Assembly (NCBI RefSeq): GCF_009914755.1
Contig: NC_060946.1
DNA length: 64,000 nucleotides
Strand: one strand, 5' to 3'
Source of the DNA: the human T2T-CHM13v2.0 reference genome, Homo sapiens
Position 1 is the first letter of the stretch, and each line of letters begins with the position of its first letter. Below the pieces are notes generated by a model, which worked only from the letters and a program-made list of their open reading frames with translations, did no database searches and was not told where the DNA came from. A program made the position numbers and the translations under genes. Shown one piece after another: positions 44,044 through 57,998 of this stretch.

Positions 44044-45079
44044 AGTGACCCATGACAAATGTAATCCAAAAAGCCTGTGTTTTTATTTCGTACCAAGGCC
44101 TGCAAATGATGTGGCCAACCTGCCTTGAAATGGCAAGAAGCCCAGCCCAACCACATCTGAGCTCACAGCTCACAGCCCTTGATCCCCCACCCCCATGTGA
44201 CACTGGCCTGGCCACCTCTCCACCTCCCCAGCACAAGAGGTCATCAGGCTCCAGGACGGAACAGTTGAGCGGTCGGGGAATCTCTCAACCTGGGATATGC
44301 CGCCTGCCTAGAAGACCTAATTCCAGAGTCTACATCCAGTGGGGTAAGTCAGAGGGTCTGGACAAGGGCCTGGGCCTCTGGGGTTTTTTAAGTGTCCCCA
44401 TGTCCCCAGCCCCGAGTGATACAGATGCTTTCTGAAGGGGGAAATCCCTGCTCCAAGCTCCAGGGAGAAAAGCCACTTCATTCTGGAGCCTGAGCAGCTC
44501 TAGGTCCCTTCCACACCCATCAGAGAATTCAGTCCTTCTGGAAGGCCTTCAGTGGGAGCCATGGAGCCCATTATACAGCTGACAAAACTGAGGCCTCCAG
44601 AGCCACCTGGCTTGCCTAAGGCCACGCAAGGAGCAGAAAGTCCAGTGGAATTCCAACCCAGGATCTTCCGATACTCTGGAGTCACACAAAGCATTCTTCT
44701 AGCCCAGGGGGAGCCAGGCTCTGGGGATCACAGAACTCAGGCTGTGGGCACCCGCTGCAGGTCCCTTCACGCCCTGGCCTATTCCCTTATCTTCAAGTCG
44801 GCCATGTCAGGAGCCCTTCACCATCCCATCCCCATGCCCACCTTTAACTCAACACGGGGAAAAGATTCTAAGAAAACACAAGTGTTCTGGATGGATAGCA
44901 CTGGTTCAGATCCTGGCTACTGACCCTGGGCAGATGCTCTCCTTCCACACTGGCTTCCTCATGTGTAGCAAGGCTTGATGCTTCCACAAACCCCCAGGCC
45001 CACGTAGACACAGGTGTAGACATTGCCCCACACTCCCCATCGTGAGCCCCATGGGACAGGGGCTTTGCTCCGTCTACCA

Positions 45080-45170
45080 GTGAATCAATCCCCCAAGCCT
45101 GAAACAGAATCTGGCACACAGCAGATGCTCAATAAATATTTGCTGAATGAATGAATGAATGAATGAATGA
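45080..45170 (+). mobile_element. L2 3' terminus with (GAAT)n
   Basis: ctggcacacagcagatgctcaataaatatttgctgaatgaatgaatg. Confidence 0.85.
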
Positions 45171-48100
45171 TGGCAGTAAAAGTTCACACTCTATTATGTG
45201 CAATCCTAAAATCTAAACCAGCTCTCAAAACAGAGAGATCTTCTCAAACTCATATGCCTGAAGGTCTTTATTTATCCCAACCTAATGTGAATATTCCACT
45301 GAGTTCTCATATTGGATTTCAGCCTCCTGGGGATGTCACAGAGCACATACTCTACAGCCCTGGCTTGCTCACCTTTCTGGGTTCTCCAAGATTCTGAGTT
45401 TTAAGATACAGCTGGCCCCAGGGAGTTCCAGTACACCATGATGATCTCTGTATCTATATCATCAATATCCAACCCCACACTTCATGACCAGAACAGTTAG
45501 AGGTAATAACCAGCCACTGAAAACAGTGCACGTTATCTCACTGTCCCCCAGTCATCTCCATCTCACAGATGGGTAAATCGAGGCTCCCAGAGTCAAGATC
45601 CTAGAGTTCAAGCCAGGTTTGCATGGCAGAAGCAGGATTTGAACCCAGCCCCTGTGGGCTCCTGCCTTATCAGCTCCCGTCTGTTGCTCTGCCCACCTCT
45701 TCCCTCCCCACATTTGTTCTCCAAAGGGCTCAGAGCTCCTGCAGGTCCCTTCCTGGGACAAAGCCATAAGGGGTGGGGGCTGCTTGGGGTGCCCAATGGG
45801 GGCTCCAGTAGCATGGTTGGAAAGAATGAGCCCTGTGGGTGAGATTTCCGTGGGGTCAGACTCCTCCAACCTTTCAGGAGGGGCTGAAATGGTGGGGACA
45901 AAGGCTGCAGCCACAGCACACACTGAAACTGATTTGAGCAGTCCCCAAGGCTCACCAGCCTCCACCCCACCAGCCTGACCTGGAGAGGCCAGAGAAGCAG
46001 GAGTTCCCACCTCGCCATAGGAGGGAGGCTGCCAGGAGCTCCTTTCTGGGCCCAGGATCTCAGCCTTGTGCCACCCAGGAGCAGGGAGCCATGAAAACCA
46101 GGAGCCTCTTTCTGTCTCAGCCTCTCCTCCCTGCCTCCCTAGCAAACAGCAGCCAGAATAACAGGAAAAGAGTTGGCCTGGACCTGCAGGAATAGGGGGC
46201 TTGGGGTGGGGGTGGGAACAGGGCATTTATCCAGCACTTACTGCATGCGGGACACAGAACAGGGCAGGGAGAGCAAAAAAGACCTGGCCGCTTGGACCCT
46301 GAAAGACCCAAGTTAGGTTGTGTTCTGCCCTTGACTGGCTGTGTGGCCTCAGGCCAGTGGCTGTGCCTCTCTGAACCTCATTTTTATCCCCCAGTGGAGG
46401 CTTTGGAGCTAGCCCGACCTGGCCCTGTGAGGCACGTGCTCTAGCCGCAGTCTGATTGAATCCTCATTACCCCAAGAGGGGAGCTGCCACTGTCTGCCAG
46501 GGTGACCTCTGTCAACACTCTTCACCTCTCTGTGTCTCCGTTTCTTCTTCTGGAAAATAGAATTCCTAATGCAGTCTGGCTCCTAGGCTGTGAATATAAC
46601 CCATCAGTGAATGTACAATGCTTGGATCAGGTCTCTGCATGTAGCAGGCATCATACATGTGTTTCCCATTATTGTTAATTACTAGTCCCCCCATTTTGCA
46701 AAGAGGAAAACTGAGGCACAGAATGGTTAATCCTACCACCAACAGCTGCTGACAAGTACCAAATGTTCCCTCAGAGCAGACCTTGTGCAAGGCCTTTTTA
46801 CTGCATTTAAGTTAATTTCCACATTATATGCAGAAATCAGCCCCATTTTGCAGGTGAGGAAACTGAGGCTTGGAGAATGGCCACTCAGATCATTAGCAGG
46901 ATATAGAGCTGATGAGCTGTCTCCTACCCAGACACCCTACCTTGGTATAATAAGATTAACGCCCACTGCCAGACCCAGGCTCCAGTCCCTCCTAGGTCCT
47001 CCCTCCCTGTAAAAAAAACAAGGTGACCACAGGGCCTTGCTGGGTGGGGGCAGGGTTATCCCTGTTTGCTCAAATCCCTACAAAGCTGCCAACAGGAGAG
47101 ACCCCCTTGCCAGGCCACAAGCTTGGAGCTCAGAGTTTCCCAAATGTACATCCAGCCCAGCCATTCACCTCCTGGACAAACTTGGCCAAAAGACTGCACA
47201 TCCCCAAGCTTCAATTTCCCATCTGCAAACAAGGAAGGATTGTGAGGCCTTTGCTTGCATGGCTGCCTGAGCGTTGATTGTGCAGTGAGCGGCTCACCAG
47301 CACTTCGTGCATGGTAGGTAATCGACAACCTCTAGCTGCATAGGTTCTGATACCAACTAAGGGGATCAGGATTGTCCTCCCACCCCCAGCTGCAGTTTAT
47401 CATTTTCAACATCCCCCTTTTCATCTTAATCTCAGGTAAGTCTTGCCTTGAGAGGTACCTGGGACGGGTGCCAGTTTAAGCCCATCTGTAAGATGAGGAA
47501 ACTGAAGCCTAGGGTGGGGACCCTCAGTGCGGGCTTACTTGCATCATCTGTCCAAACCCCACCATGTACCCTGCCCTGCCGGGACAGGGCCTTCTGGCAG
47601 CTGCAGAGCAACAGGCAGAGGTTTGGATGGGGAGGTGGATGGACCTGGGTTCCATCAGTTTTGTGTGTGACCCCCAAGGCAAATCACTCCCTATCTCCAA
47701 GCCTCTGTTTCCTTCCCTGGAAAATGGGGTTGTTCCATGAGAAGTCCCTGGACATGTACTCCATGAGTGGCAGCTCGTGTCAGAGGCAGCACTTGCAATT
47801 CCCTTCCCCATCCCAGCAAGCCAGGATCGGTAGTGGAAACCCCAGACGCATTATAACATGGAGCTCCCAGCTCAAGTGAGGGAAGCAGCACGACCATTCC
47901 CTTATGGATCTGAAGGTCTCCTTTCCTGCATCCCTGGCCCCAGCACTGTCCCCTCGGGCCCATCCACTTCTGCACACACAGATCCTTGTGTCACCTTACT
48001 TGGTAAAATAAAGTGAGATGAGTGGCTGACACCTAATGAGCTTTGTTGAATAAAGACAGAGAACCCGGGAAATAGATGAGGCCCAGGTAATGAGGTAGCA

Positions 48101-48174
48101 GATGAGGTCAGGACCAAGGCAGACAACTTCAAGGGGACAGTCTGGGGTCCCAGGAGACAGTGATGAGGCAATGA

Positions 48175-48829
<655 letters not shown>

Positions 48830-49959
48830 CAGCTTGGGTTTTCAAATGCACCAGAGTAAGACGTTCAAGGGATGGAGACTGGATTCTGGAAGGCCCTTCC
48901 TATCCTGCACCTTTGCAAACTCTGGGCCTAGTGGAATCGTTATCATCAAGGCCACGTTCATGGTGCCCCAATTTGCCAGGGATGCTCCCACCACAGGGGC
49001 TTTGTACATGCTGTTCCCACTGTCCTGATATCTGCGTGGCTCACTCCCCAACTTCCTCAGTCTCTTCCCCTGGCCGTCTTCAGGGAAGTATCTCTGAGAA
49101 ATCCCCCGTCACCCTCTATTGCCTTCCCCGCTGTATTAGTCTTCATAGCAGAATTCACTCAGGATCTGTTGTGCAGTTTTGTGAGCACAACCATGAGCGG
49201 CCCCAGGCGTACGCATGAGCCAGAGTCAGCCTAAGCCATCAGCTCTGGTCCCCAGCCCCAAGCCTAAGGTCTCCATTCATTAACCTCAACAACAGCCAAA
49301 GATGGGGAGGGCAGAGGGCATGGAGGAAGCAAGGGGAAACCACCAGTGGCCCCTTTCATTCCACCCATATCTAGTGAGGACCTACTAGTTGCCAGGACCT
49401 GTGCCACCTCCTGCGGACCCCGACATGAACAAAACAAGGTTCGTGCTACGTGGAGCTGCTCTCCTCTCCAGTTACCCTGGAGCCAGGCCACAGGATAAGA
49501 CACAGTGCAAGGGAGGAGGCAAGGAGGGGGGTATTCCATTCTGGCCCTTGCTTTGTTGGTGACCTTGAGCGAGACGCGTGATTCTCTGAGCCTCTGTTTC
49601 TTCACGTGTAAAATGAAGAAATTGAGCGACATTTCTCGGAAGTCTGGAGCAGGGTGGCATGCAAGGTGCCCAAATGCAGTCTTAAGCAATTCCCAGCCTC
49701 CCAGTGACGAAGTCACTCCTTTTCCAAGTCTTTCCAAGACTTCCTCTTGCTACGTGGAGAAGGTCTCAGCTCAGTGCTGCTAGGTCTTCAACACTCTTGT
49801 GAACATGTTGATCGTGTAGAGAGAGTAGGTCTCAGGCCAGAGACCTTCAGCAGACAATGGTGACATTGCCGAGTTTTCAAGGTGTTCAGTGTCTTTTTTC
49901 TAGATTCCCTCTCTTATCCATTCTCCTGGGTTCTTATCCATTCTCCAATGTAACCCCAG

Positions 49960-51400
49960 CTTAAAATCTGTACTCGTGGCAAAAGGATGGGACAAACAGA
50001 TGAGTAGAACAGAGAGTCCAAAAACAGACCCCCACATACACCATCAAATGATTTTCAACAAGGACACCAAAGCAATCCAACTGGGGAATGAAAAATCTCT
50101 TCAACGCATGGTGCTGGGACAGCTAGATATGGAAATATTTTCAAAATCACCTTTGCCTCACACCATTTGAAAATCTAAGTCAAAATGTGTCATAGAGTTA
50201 AACACAAGAGCTAAACTTAAAAGCATAAAGCTACTAAAGACAGACCTTAGAGAGGGCACAAAAGAAACTTGATAAAACAAACACTGTAAAATTTTAAAAC
50301 TTTTGCTTTTAGAAAGACACCATGAAGAAAAGCCACAGACTGGGAGAAAATATTTGTAACACAGAGAAGGTGCTTGTATCCAGAATAGATAAAGAAACTT
50401 TTACAACTCAATAATAAAAAGGCAAACACAAGGTAATAAAAAAAAATTGGGCAAAAGATTTGAACAGAAAGTTTCACCAAAGAAGACAAACGGATAGATA
50501 AAGAAACTTTTACAACTCAATAATAAAAAGGCAAACACAAGGTAATAAAAAAAAATTGGGCAAAAGATTTGAACAGAAAGTTTCACCAAAGAAGACATAC
50601 GGATAGCAAATAAGCACATGAAAAGATACTCAATATCATTAGAGAAATACAAATTATAACCTCAATGAGATAGCACACACCAGAATGGCTAAAGTTTAAA
50701 AGACAGACAAAACCAAATGTTAGCAAAGATGTGAGAAGAAACTAGAACTCTCATACATTGGTGTTGGGAATGCAAATGGTGCAACCACTTTGAAAAACAG
50801 CTTGGCATTGTCTGAAGAAGTGAAATGTATACCTCTTATGTAACTCACCCATTTCAGAAAGATGTTTAACTATATGACAAATTTTGATTTCGATTTTCAT
50901 ATGGTGTACGTCCATAAAGTTTTTGTCCACACAAAGACTTGTACACAAATGTTCATAGTAGTTTTATTCGTAGTAACCAAAAACTGAAAACAGCTCAAAT
51001 GTGTATCAACAGATGAATGGATAGACTGTGGTATGTCCATACAGTGAAATACTACTCAGCAATAAAAGGGAACAAATTACAACTAATATGCACAAGCTCA
51101 AAAGCATTATACAGAGTGAAAGAAACCAGACCCGAAAGAGTGCATGCCCATTTATATGACATTCAAGACCCAAGAACAGGCAAAACTGATCAATAGTGAT
51201 AGAAACTGGAGCACTGGTTGCTTTGGGGATTGAGGGGCTGAGTGGGAAGGAGCAATGGAGAAGTTTCTAGGGAGCTTGTCATGTTATATCATCTCAATAG
51301 TGGTTTAGGTTACACAGGTGTATACATTCTTGAAAAGATATCAAATTATACACAAGATCTGTGCATTTTATTGTATATAAATGAAACCATTGTTAAAATG
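49960..51400 (+). mobile_element. Old L1 (L1MC/MD-like) ORF2 3' end and 3' UTR
   Basis: gattttcaacaaggacaccaaag, gggcaaaagatttgaacag, ctctcatacattggtgttgggaatgcaaatggtgcaaccactttg. Confidence 0.85.
50385..50606. repeat. 109-bp tandem duplication
   Basis: Copies start at 50385 and 50494; one mismatch. Confidence 0.97.
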
Positions 51401-51449
51401 TGAAAAAGGAGGGTAGTTCTGGGTTAAATCAACAAAGGAAAAAATCCTT

Positions 51450-52350
<901 letters not shown>

Positions 52351-53259
52351 CATACATTTTAATGTACATGTTATGTACATTTTTTCTTCCATACATTTTT
52401 GGAAGAAAAGAAAGATTCTTCCAAGATTCCTGGAGCACCTCATCAGGCTGTGTTTTCATTGCAGAGTTAGAGTCTTATCCTATTTATAATTGAAGAATTT
52501 AATACTTACCCCCAATCACCTCCAGGTCAGGTGAGGTCAGACTGGAGGCAAAGGCTTGGCATCTACCACACCCTCTGTCTCCTCTTCAGCTCAATCATAG
52601 TGGCCCCATGGTGGAGTCCTCCCAGCTGAAACTCTTGACAGCTAGGAAAATCCATGCTGCACTCTGGTCTTGCTATCCTTTTCTAATCTTTGTAAAAATA
52701 AACTGGGATGAGCTTCCTTCCTTGAACCTCCTCCAGCTCACTAAGGACAGAGTGTTCACCTGACTCCTCTCCCATCCCCTCCTATGAGGCACTGGGGTAC
52801 GCTGGGGCTGTCGCCTGGTTAGGTGACCTCTTTACATTTTCCTGCTCCCTTTTGTGGGTGAGTATTGTCTCTTTTGCAGCCTGCGGACACAGCCCCGCTG
52901 GACTCCCTACCCACCTTCACCCTGCCCAAAGCACTTAGAATGCATCTAACGGCATTAGGAGATCACGTGGTTTGACTTCTTCATTTCACAGATGGGGAAA
53001 CTGAAGCCCTGAGATGTGAAGTCCTTCAGCCTCCTAGCAACAAGCAGCAGAGCCAAGTTTCAGATTGGGGAATTTATAGAGCACCTACTAAGTGCTAGGC
53101 ATTAGCCTAAGAAAGACTTTACAAACATTACCTCTTTGGATCTTTCAAGGGGTAGATGCCACCACCCCTTATAGCTCATCTTATAGCTGAGGGAGCTGAG
53201 GTTCAGAGAGGTGCAGTAACTTGCCCAGGGATGCCCAGTAGTTATCCAAAGCCCATTCT

Positions 53260-53565
53260 ATTTTTTTAATTTTTTATAGAGATGGGGCCTTGCTCTATAG
53301 ACCAGAGTGAAGTGCAGAGACACAATCATAGTTCACTGCAGCCTCCAATACCTGGTCTTAAGTGATCCTTCTGCCTCAGCCTCCCAAATAGCTGAAACCA
53401 CAGGTGGATACCACCATACTTGGCTGATTTTTTTGTGTTTTTTTGGTATATATTTTGTAGACATGATCTCACTATGTTGCCCAGGCTGGTCTTGAATTCC
53501 TGGCCTCAAGCAATCCTTCTGCCTCAGCCTCCCCAGTAGCTGGGATTATAGACGTGAGCCTGGCA
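53260..53565 (-). mobile_element. AluJo-like, diverged
   Basis: Dimer with J diagnostics. Confidence 0.88.
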
Positions 53566-53716
53566 GTCCATTCTCTTATCCACTCTGCTCTCCCTGCCCA
53601 ATCAGAGGCTGAGTAATCCTCAAGGCACAATTTAATAGAGCCTCTAGACTAGCATTGTCCAATAGAAATAAAAGCCACATGCATCATACTCCAATTCGAA
53701 TTTTTGAGTAGTCACA

Positions 53717-54668
53717 TGTGTAGGTGTACACACCCTAAGATGACCCCCCATGAGTCATGTCCTAGTGTAATCCTCTCACCTTAAGTGTGGGTGGAATCAG
53801 TGATTTATTTCTCACTGACAGAATATGGCAAAGGTGATGGGATGTCACTCCTCTGATTAAGTTGCCTTATATGTCAAAAGGTGATGGGATGTCACTCCCA
53901 TGATAACATTATGTTATGTAAGAGTCTGTCTTAGCAGGCTAGAGTGAGAGACTCTCCTGCTTGCTTTGAAGAAGCAAGCAGCCATGCTGTGAACAGCCGA
54001 TGGCCCACATAACAGGGAACTTTGAGGATGTCTGGGAGCTGAAAGCAGCCCCAGTTATCAGCCAGTAAGAAACCAAGGCCCCCAGTTACACAGCCCCCGT
54101 GTAATTCTGCCAACAATTTGGATGAGCCTGGAAATGGACTATTCCCCAGATGAGTCTCCAGATGAGAACACAGCCCACCAACATCCTGATTGTCATCTTG
54201 TGAGTCCCAGAGCAGGGAACCCGAATATGTCAGGCCTGGATTCCCAAAACACAGAAACTAGGAGATGATAAATGGATGTTGCTTCAAGCCACTATGTTTG
54301 CAGGCATTTGTGATGTAGTAATAGAAAACTATGCTGAGTGCACTGGCTCACACCTGTAATTTCAGCACTTTGGGAGGCCAAGGCAGGCAGATCACTTGAG
54401 GTCAGGGGTTCAAGACCAGTCTGGCCAACATGGTGAAACCCTGTCTCTATTAAAAATACAAAAATTAACCAGGCTTGATGGCACACACCTGTAGTTCCAG
54501 CTACTCAGGAAGCTGAGGCAGGAGAATCGCTTGAACCTGAGAAACCGAGGTTACAGTGAGCCGAGATCGTACCACTGGACTCCAGCCTGGGCAACAGAGC
54601 TAGCTAGACTCTGTCTCAAAAACAAAAAACAAAAAACAAAAAAAAAAAACAACAAAAAAACGAATACA
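53717..54668 (+). mobile_element. MLT1E-type LTR
   Basis: ctaagatgacccc...gaatatggcaaaggtgatgggatgtcactcc...aataca. Confidence 0.8.
54333..54660 (+). mobile_element. AluS, full length
   Basis: Complete dimer inserted near the 3' end of MLT1E. Confidence 0.93.
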
Positions 54669-55750
54669 GCACATTTTTAAAGTAAGAAAAAGAAGTGAGA
54701 TTATTTTATCAGCATTTTAAAAGTATACCCAAAGTATTATTTCAACATGCAATCAATATACAAAATTTTAACTTTAATTAATGAGATACTTTAAATTCTT
54801 TTGTGTTTTTCCTACTAAATCTTTGAAAGCTGGCATGTATTTTATACTTACAAAACATCTCAGTTTGGGCCAACCACATTTCAAGCAATCAAGAGCCACA
54901 TGTGGCTAGTGGTCACCATGTTGGGTAGCATAGGTCTAGACATTTAGTGGGCTGTTACCATATGCCTGCATCACCTCCTCTTCAGTGCCCAGCATATGGC
55001 AGGTGCTCAAAGGAATCCATGATTCCTAAAGTTACAAAGGGTTGATAGTCACTGAGCACTTACGGTCAGCAAGACCTGTGCAAAACCCTCATTTGAGCCT
55101 CACAAGCTCCCTATGAAGTGATCATTACTGTGAACATTCTCTCCACTTTACAGATGAGTAAGCTGAGGTGCAAAGAGGCAAGGCTCTGCAGTCCAGACCC
55201 TGGGCTATGACATGCTCATCATCCACCCTAGGAATCTGAGGCCCACCGGCATCCCACCACATCCAAAAGCCCCCTCTTCTCTTCACACACAACCCAGGTG
55301 ACCCCAACCCAGAGTGACTTTAAGAAACCCTACGCAAACCCCCATGAAAATGTCTCCTAGGCCTCAAGAGGGAGTGATGTCATTACTTCCCTGCCCCCTC
55401 TTTTCTCCTTTCCCTCCTAAGGACTGACCCATCTCTAACCAGGGCCCTCTATTCTTCTAAATCCCTTAAAAACAACTTGATCTCAGAATGAAGCTTCTGA
55501 TAACTTGCAGTAGAGGGCATAGGGCCACAGATGTCCAAAGTCACTGGGGCCTTGGGCCACCAGATCCCTGTCACCTCAGGGACCACCATGATGCAACCCT
55601 ACTGTAGAGAAAGAAAAATGGGGCTGACTCTCTTTTCGGACTCAGCCCGCCTGCACCCAGGTGAAATAAACAGCCATGTTGCTCACACAAAGCCTGTTTG
55701 GTGGTCTCTTCACACGGACGCGCATGAAATTTGGTGCCGCGCATGAAATT

Positions 55751-55768
55751 TGGTGCCGTGACTCGGAT
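55751..55768 (+). other. tRNA-His primer-binding site
   Basis: TGGTGCCGTGACTCGGAT is complementary to the 3' 18 nt of tRNA-His(GUG). Confidence 0.93.
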
Positions 55769-56560
55769 CGGGGGAGACCTCCCTTGGGAGATCAATCCCC
55801 TGTCCTCCTGCTCTTTGCTCCGTGAGAAACATCCACCTACGACCTCAGGTCCTCAGACCGACCAGCCCAAGAAACATCTCACCAATTTCAAATCCAGTAA
55901 GCGGCCTCTTTGTACTCTCTTCTCCAACCTCCCTCACTATCCCTCAACCTCTTTCTCCTTTCAATCTTGGCGCCACACTTCAATCTCTCCCTTCTCTTAA
56001 TTTCAATTCCTTTCATTTTCTGGTAGAGACAAAAGAGACATGTTTTATCCGTGAACCCAAAACTCCGGCACCGGTCACGGACTGGGAAGGCAGCCTTCCC
56101 TTGGTGTTTAATCATTGCAGGGACACCTCTCTGATTATACACTCACGTTTCAAGGGTGCCAGACCACGCAGGGACGCCTGCCTTGGTCCTTCACCCTTAG
56201 TGGCAAGTCCCACTTTCCTGGGGCAGGGGCAACTACCCCTCAACCCCTTCTCCTTCACCCTCAGCGGCAAGTCCCGCTTTCCTAGGGGGCAGGGGCAAGT
56301 ACCCCTCAACCCCTTCTCCTTCACCCTTAGCGGCAAGTCCTGCTTTCCTAGGGGGCAAGAACCCCCCCAGTCACTTATTTCTACACCCCAACCTCTTATC
56401 TCTGTGCTCCAATCCCTTATTTCCACACCCTGACCTCTTATCTCTGTGCCCCAATCCCTTATTTCCGTGCCCCAACCCCTTCTCTGCTTTTCTGGAGGGC
56501 AAGAACCCCCCACCCTTTCTCCGTGTCTCTACTCTTTTCTCTGGGCTTGCCTCCTTCACT

Positions 56561-57779
56561 ATGGGTAAGCTTCCACCTTCCATTCCTCCTTCTTCTCCCT
56601 TAGCCTGTGTTCTCAAAAACTTAAAACCTCTTCAACTCACACCTGACCTAAAACCTAAATGCCTTATTTTCTTCTGCAATGCCGCTTGACCCCAATACAA
56701 ACTCGACAGTAGTTCCAAATAGCCAGAAAATGGCACTTTGAATTTTTCCATCCTGCAAGATCTAAATAATTCTTGTCGTAAAATAGGCAAACGGTCTGAG
56801 GTGCCTGACGTCCAGGCATTCTTTTACACATCAGTCCCGTCCTAGTCTCTGTGCCCAGTGCAACTCGTCCCAAATCTTCTTTCCCTCCCCCCTGTCCCCT
56901 CAGTACCAACCCCAAGCGTCGCTGAGTCTTTCTAATCTTCCTTTTCTACAGACCCATCTGACCTCTCCCTTCCTCCCCAGCCTGCTCCTCGCCAGGCTGA
57001 GCTAGGTCCCAATTCTTCCTCAGCCTCCGCTCCTCCACCCTATAGTCTTTTTATCACCTCCCCTCCTCACACCTGGTCCGACTTACAGTTTCGTTCCCTG
57101 ACTAGCCCTCCCCCACCTGCCCAGCAATTTACTCTTAAAAAGGTGGCTGGAGCCAAAGGCATAGTCAAGGTGAATGCTCCTTTTTCTTTATCCCAAATCA
57201 GATAGCGTTTAGGCTCTTTTTCATCAAATATAAAAATCCAGCCCAGTTCATGGCTTGTTTGGCAGCAATCCTGAGACGCTTTACAGCCCTAGACCCTAAA
57301 AAGTCAAAAGGCCATCTTATTCTCAAAATACATTTTATTACCCAATCTGCTCCCGACATTAAAACTCCAAAAATTAAATTCCGGCCCTCAAACCCCACAA
57401 CAGGATTTAATTAACCTCGCCTTCAAGGTGTACAATAATAGAAAAAAGTTGCAATTCCTTGCCTCCACTGTGAGACGAACCCCAGCCACATCTCCAGCAA
57501 CACAAGAACTTCCAAACGCCTGAACCGCAGCGGCCAGGCGTTCCTCCAGAACCTCCTCCCACAGGAGCTTGCTACCTATGCCGGAAATCTGGCCACTGGG
57601 CCAAGGAATGCCTGCAGCCCAGGATTCCTCCTAAGCCGCGTCCCATCTGTGCGGGACCCCACTGAAAATCGGACTGTTTAACTCACCTGGCAGCCACTCC
57701 CAGAGGCCCTGGAACTCTGGCCCAAGGCTCTCTGACTGACTCCTTCCCAGATCTTCTCGGCTTAGCGGCTGAAGACTGA
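56561..57779 (+). pseudogene. Defective HERV-H gag
   Basis: ATG at 56561 reads MGKLPPSIPPSSPLACVLKNLKPLQL..., with stops at 56687 and 56720; CCHC knuckle CYLCRKSGHWAKEC at 57570-57611. Confidence 0.85.
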
Positions 57780-57998
57780 CACTGCCCGATCGCCTCGGAA
57801 GCCCCCAGACCATCACGGACGCCGAGCTTCGGGTAACTCTCACAGTGGAAGGTTCCCACGCCGACCCTAATCCCGCTTGAAGCAGCCCTGAGAAACATCG
57901 CCCATTCTCTGTCCATATCACCCCCCAAAAATTTTTGCCGCCCCAACACTTCAACACTATTTTGTTTTATTTTTCTTATTAATATAAGAAGGCAGGAA

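Larger units (their letters stand above)
42760..44122 (+). mobile_element. MER97/MER91-family hAT-Tip100 DNA transposon with two Alu insertions
   Basis: Starts cagggccagcttcatg; ends ttgaacaaggggcc...gcaaatgatgtggccaacctg, like MER91-family termini. Confidence 0.65.
53650..54933. mobile_element. MER33 hAT-Charlie element split by MLT1E and Alu
   Basis: Ends tagcattgtccaatagaa and gagccacatgtggctagtgg...; 8-bp TSD (c/g)tctagac. Confidence 0.8.

Noticed and set aside
55751-55768. tRNA-His gene
   Set aside because: Only an 18-nt antisense match including the CCA complement; it is a primer-binding site
55822-56433. 203-aa ORF in the HERV-H leader
   Set aside because: GTG start, lies upstream of the gag ATG and crosses leader tandem repeats; no recognisable retroviral protein
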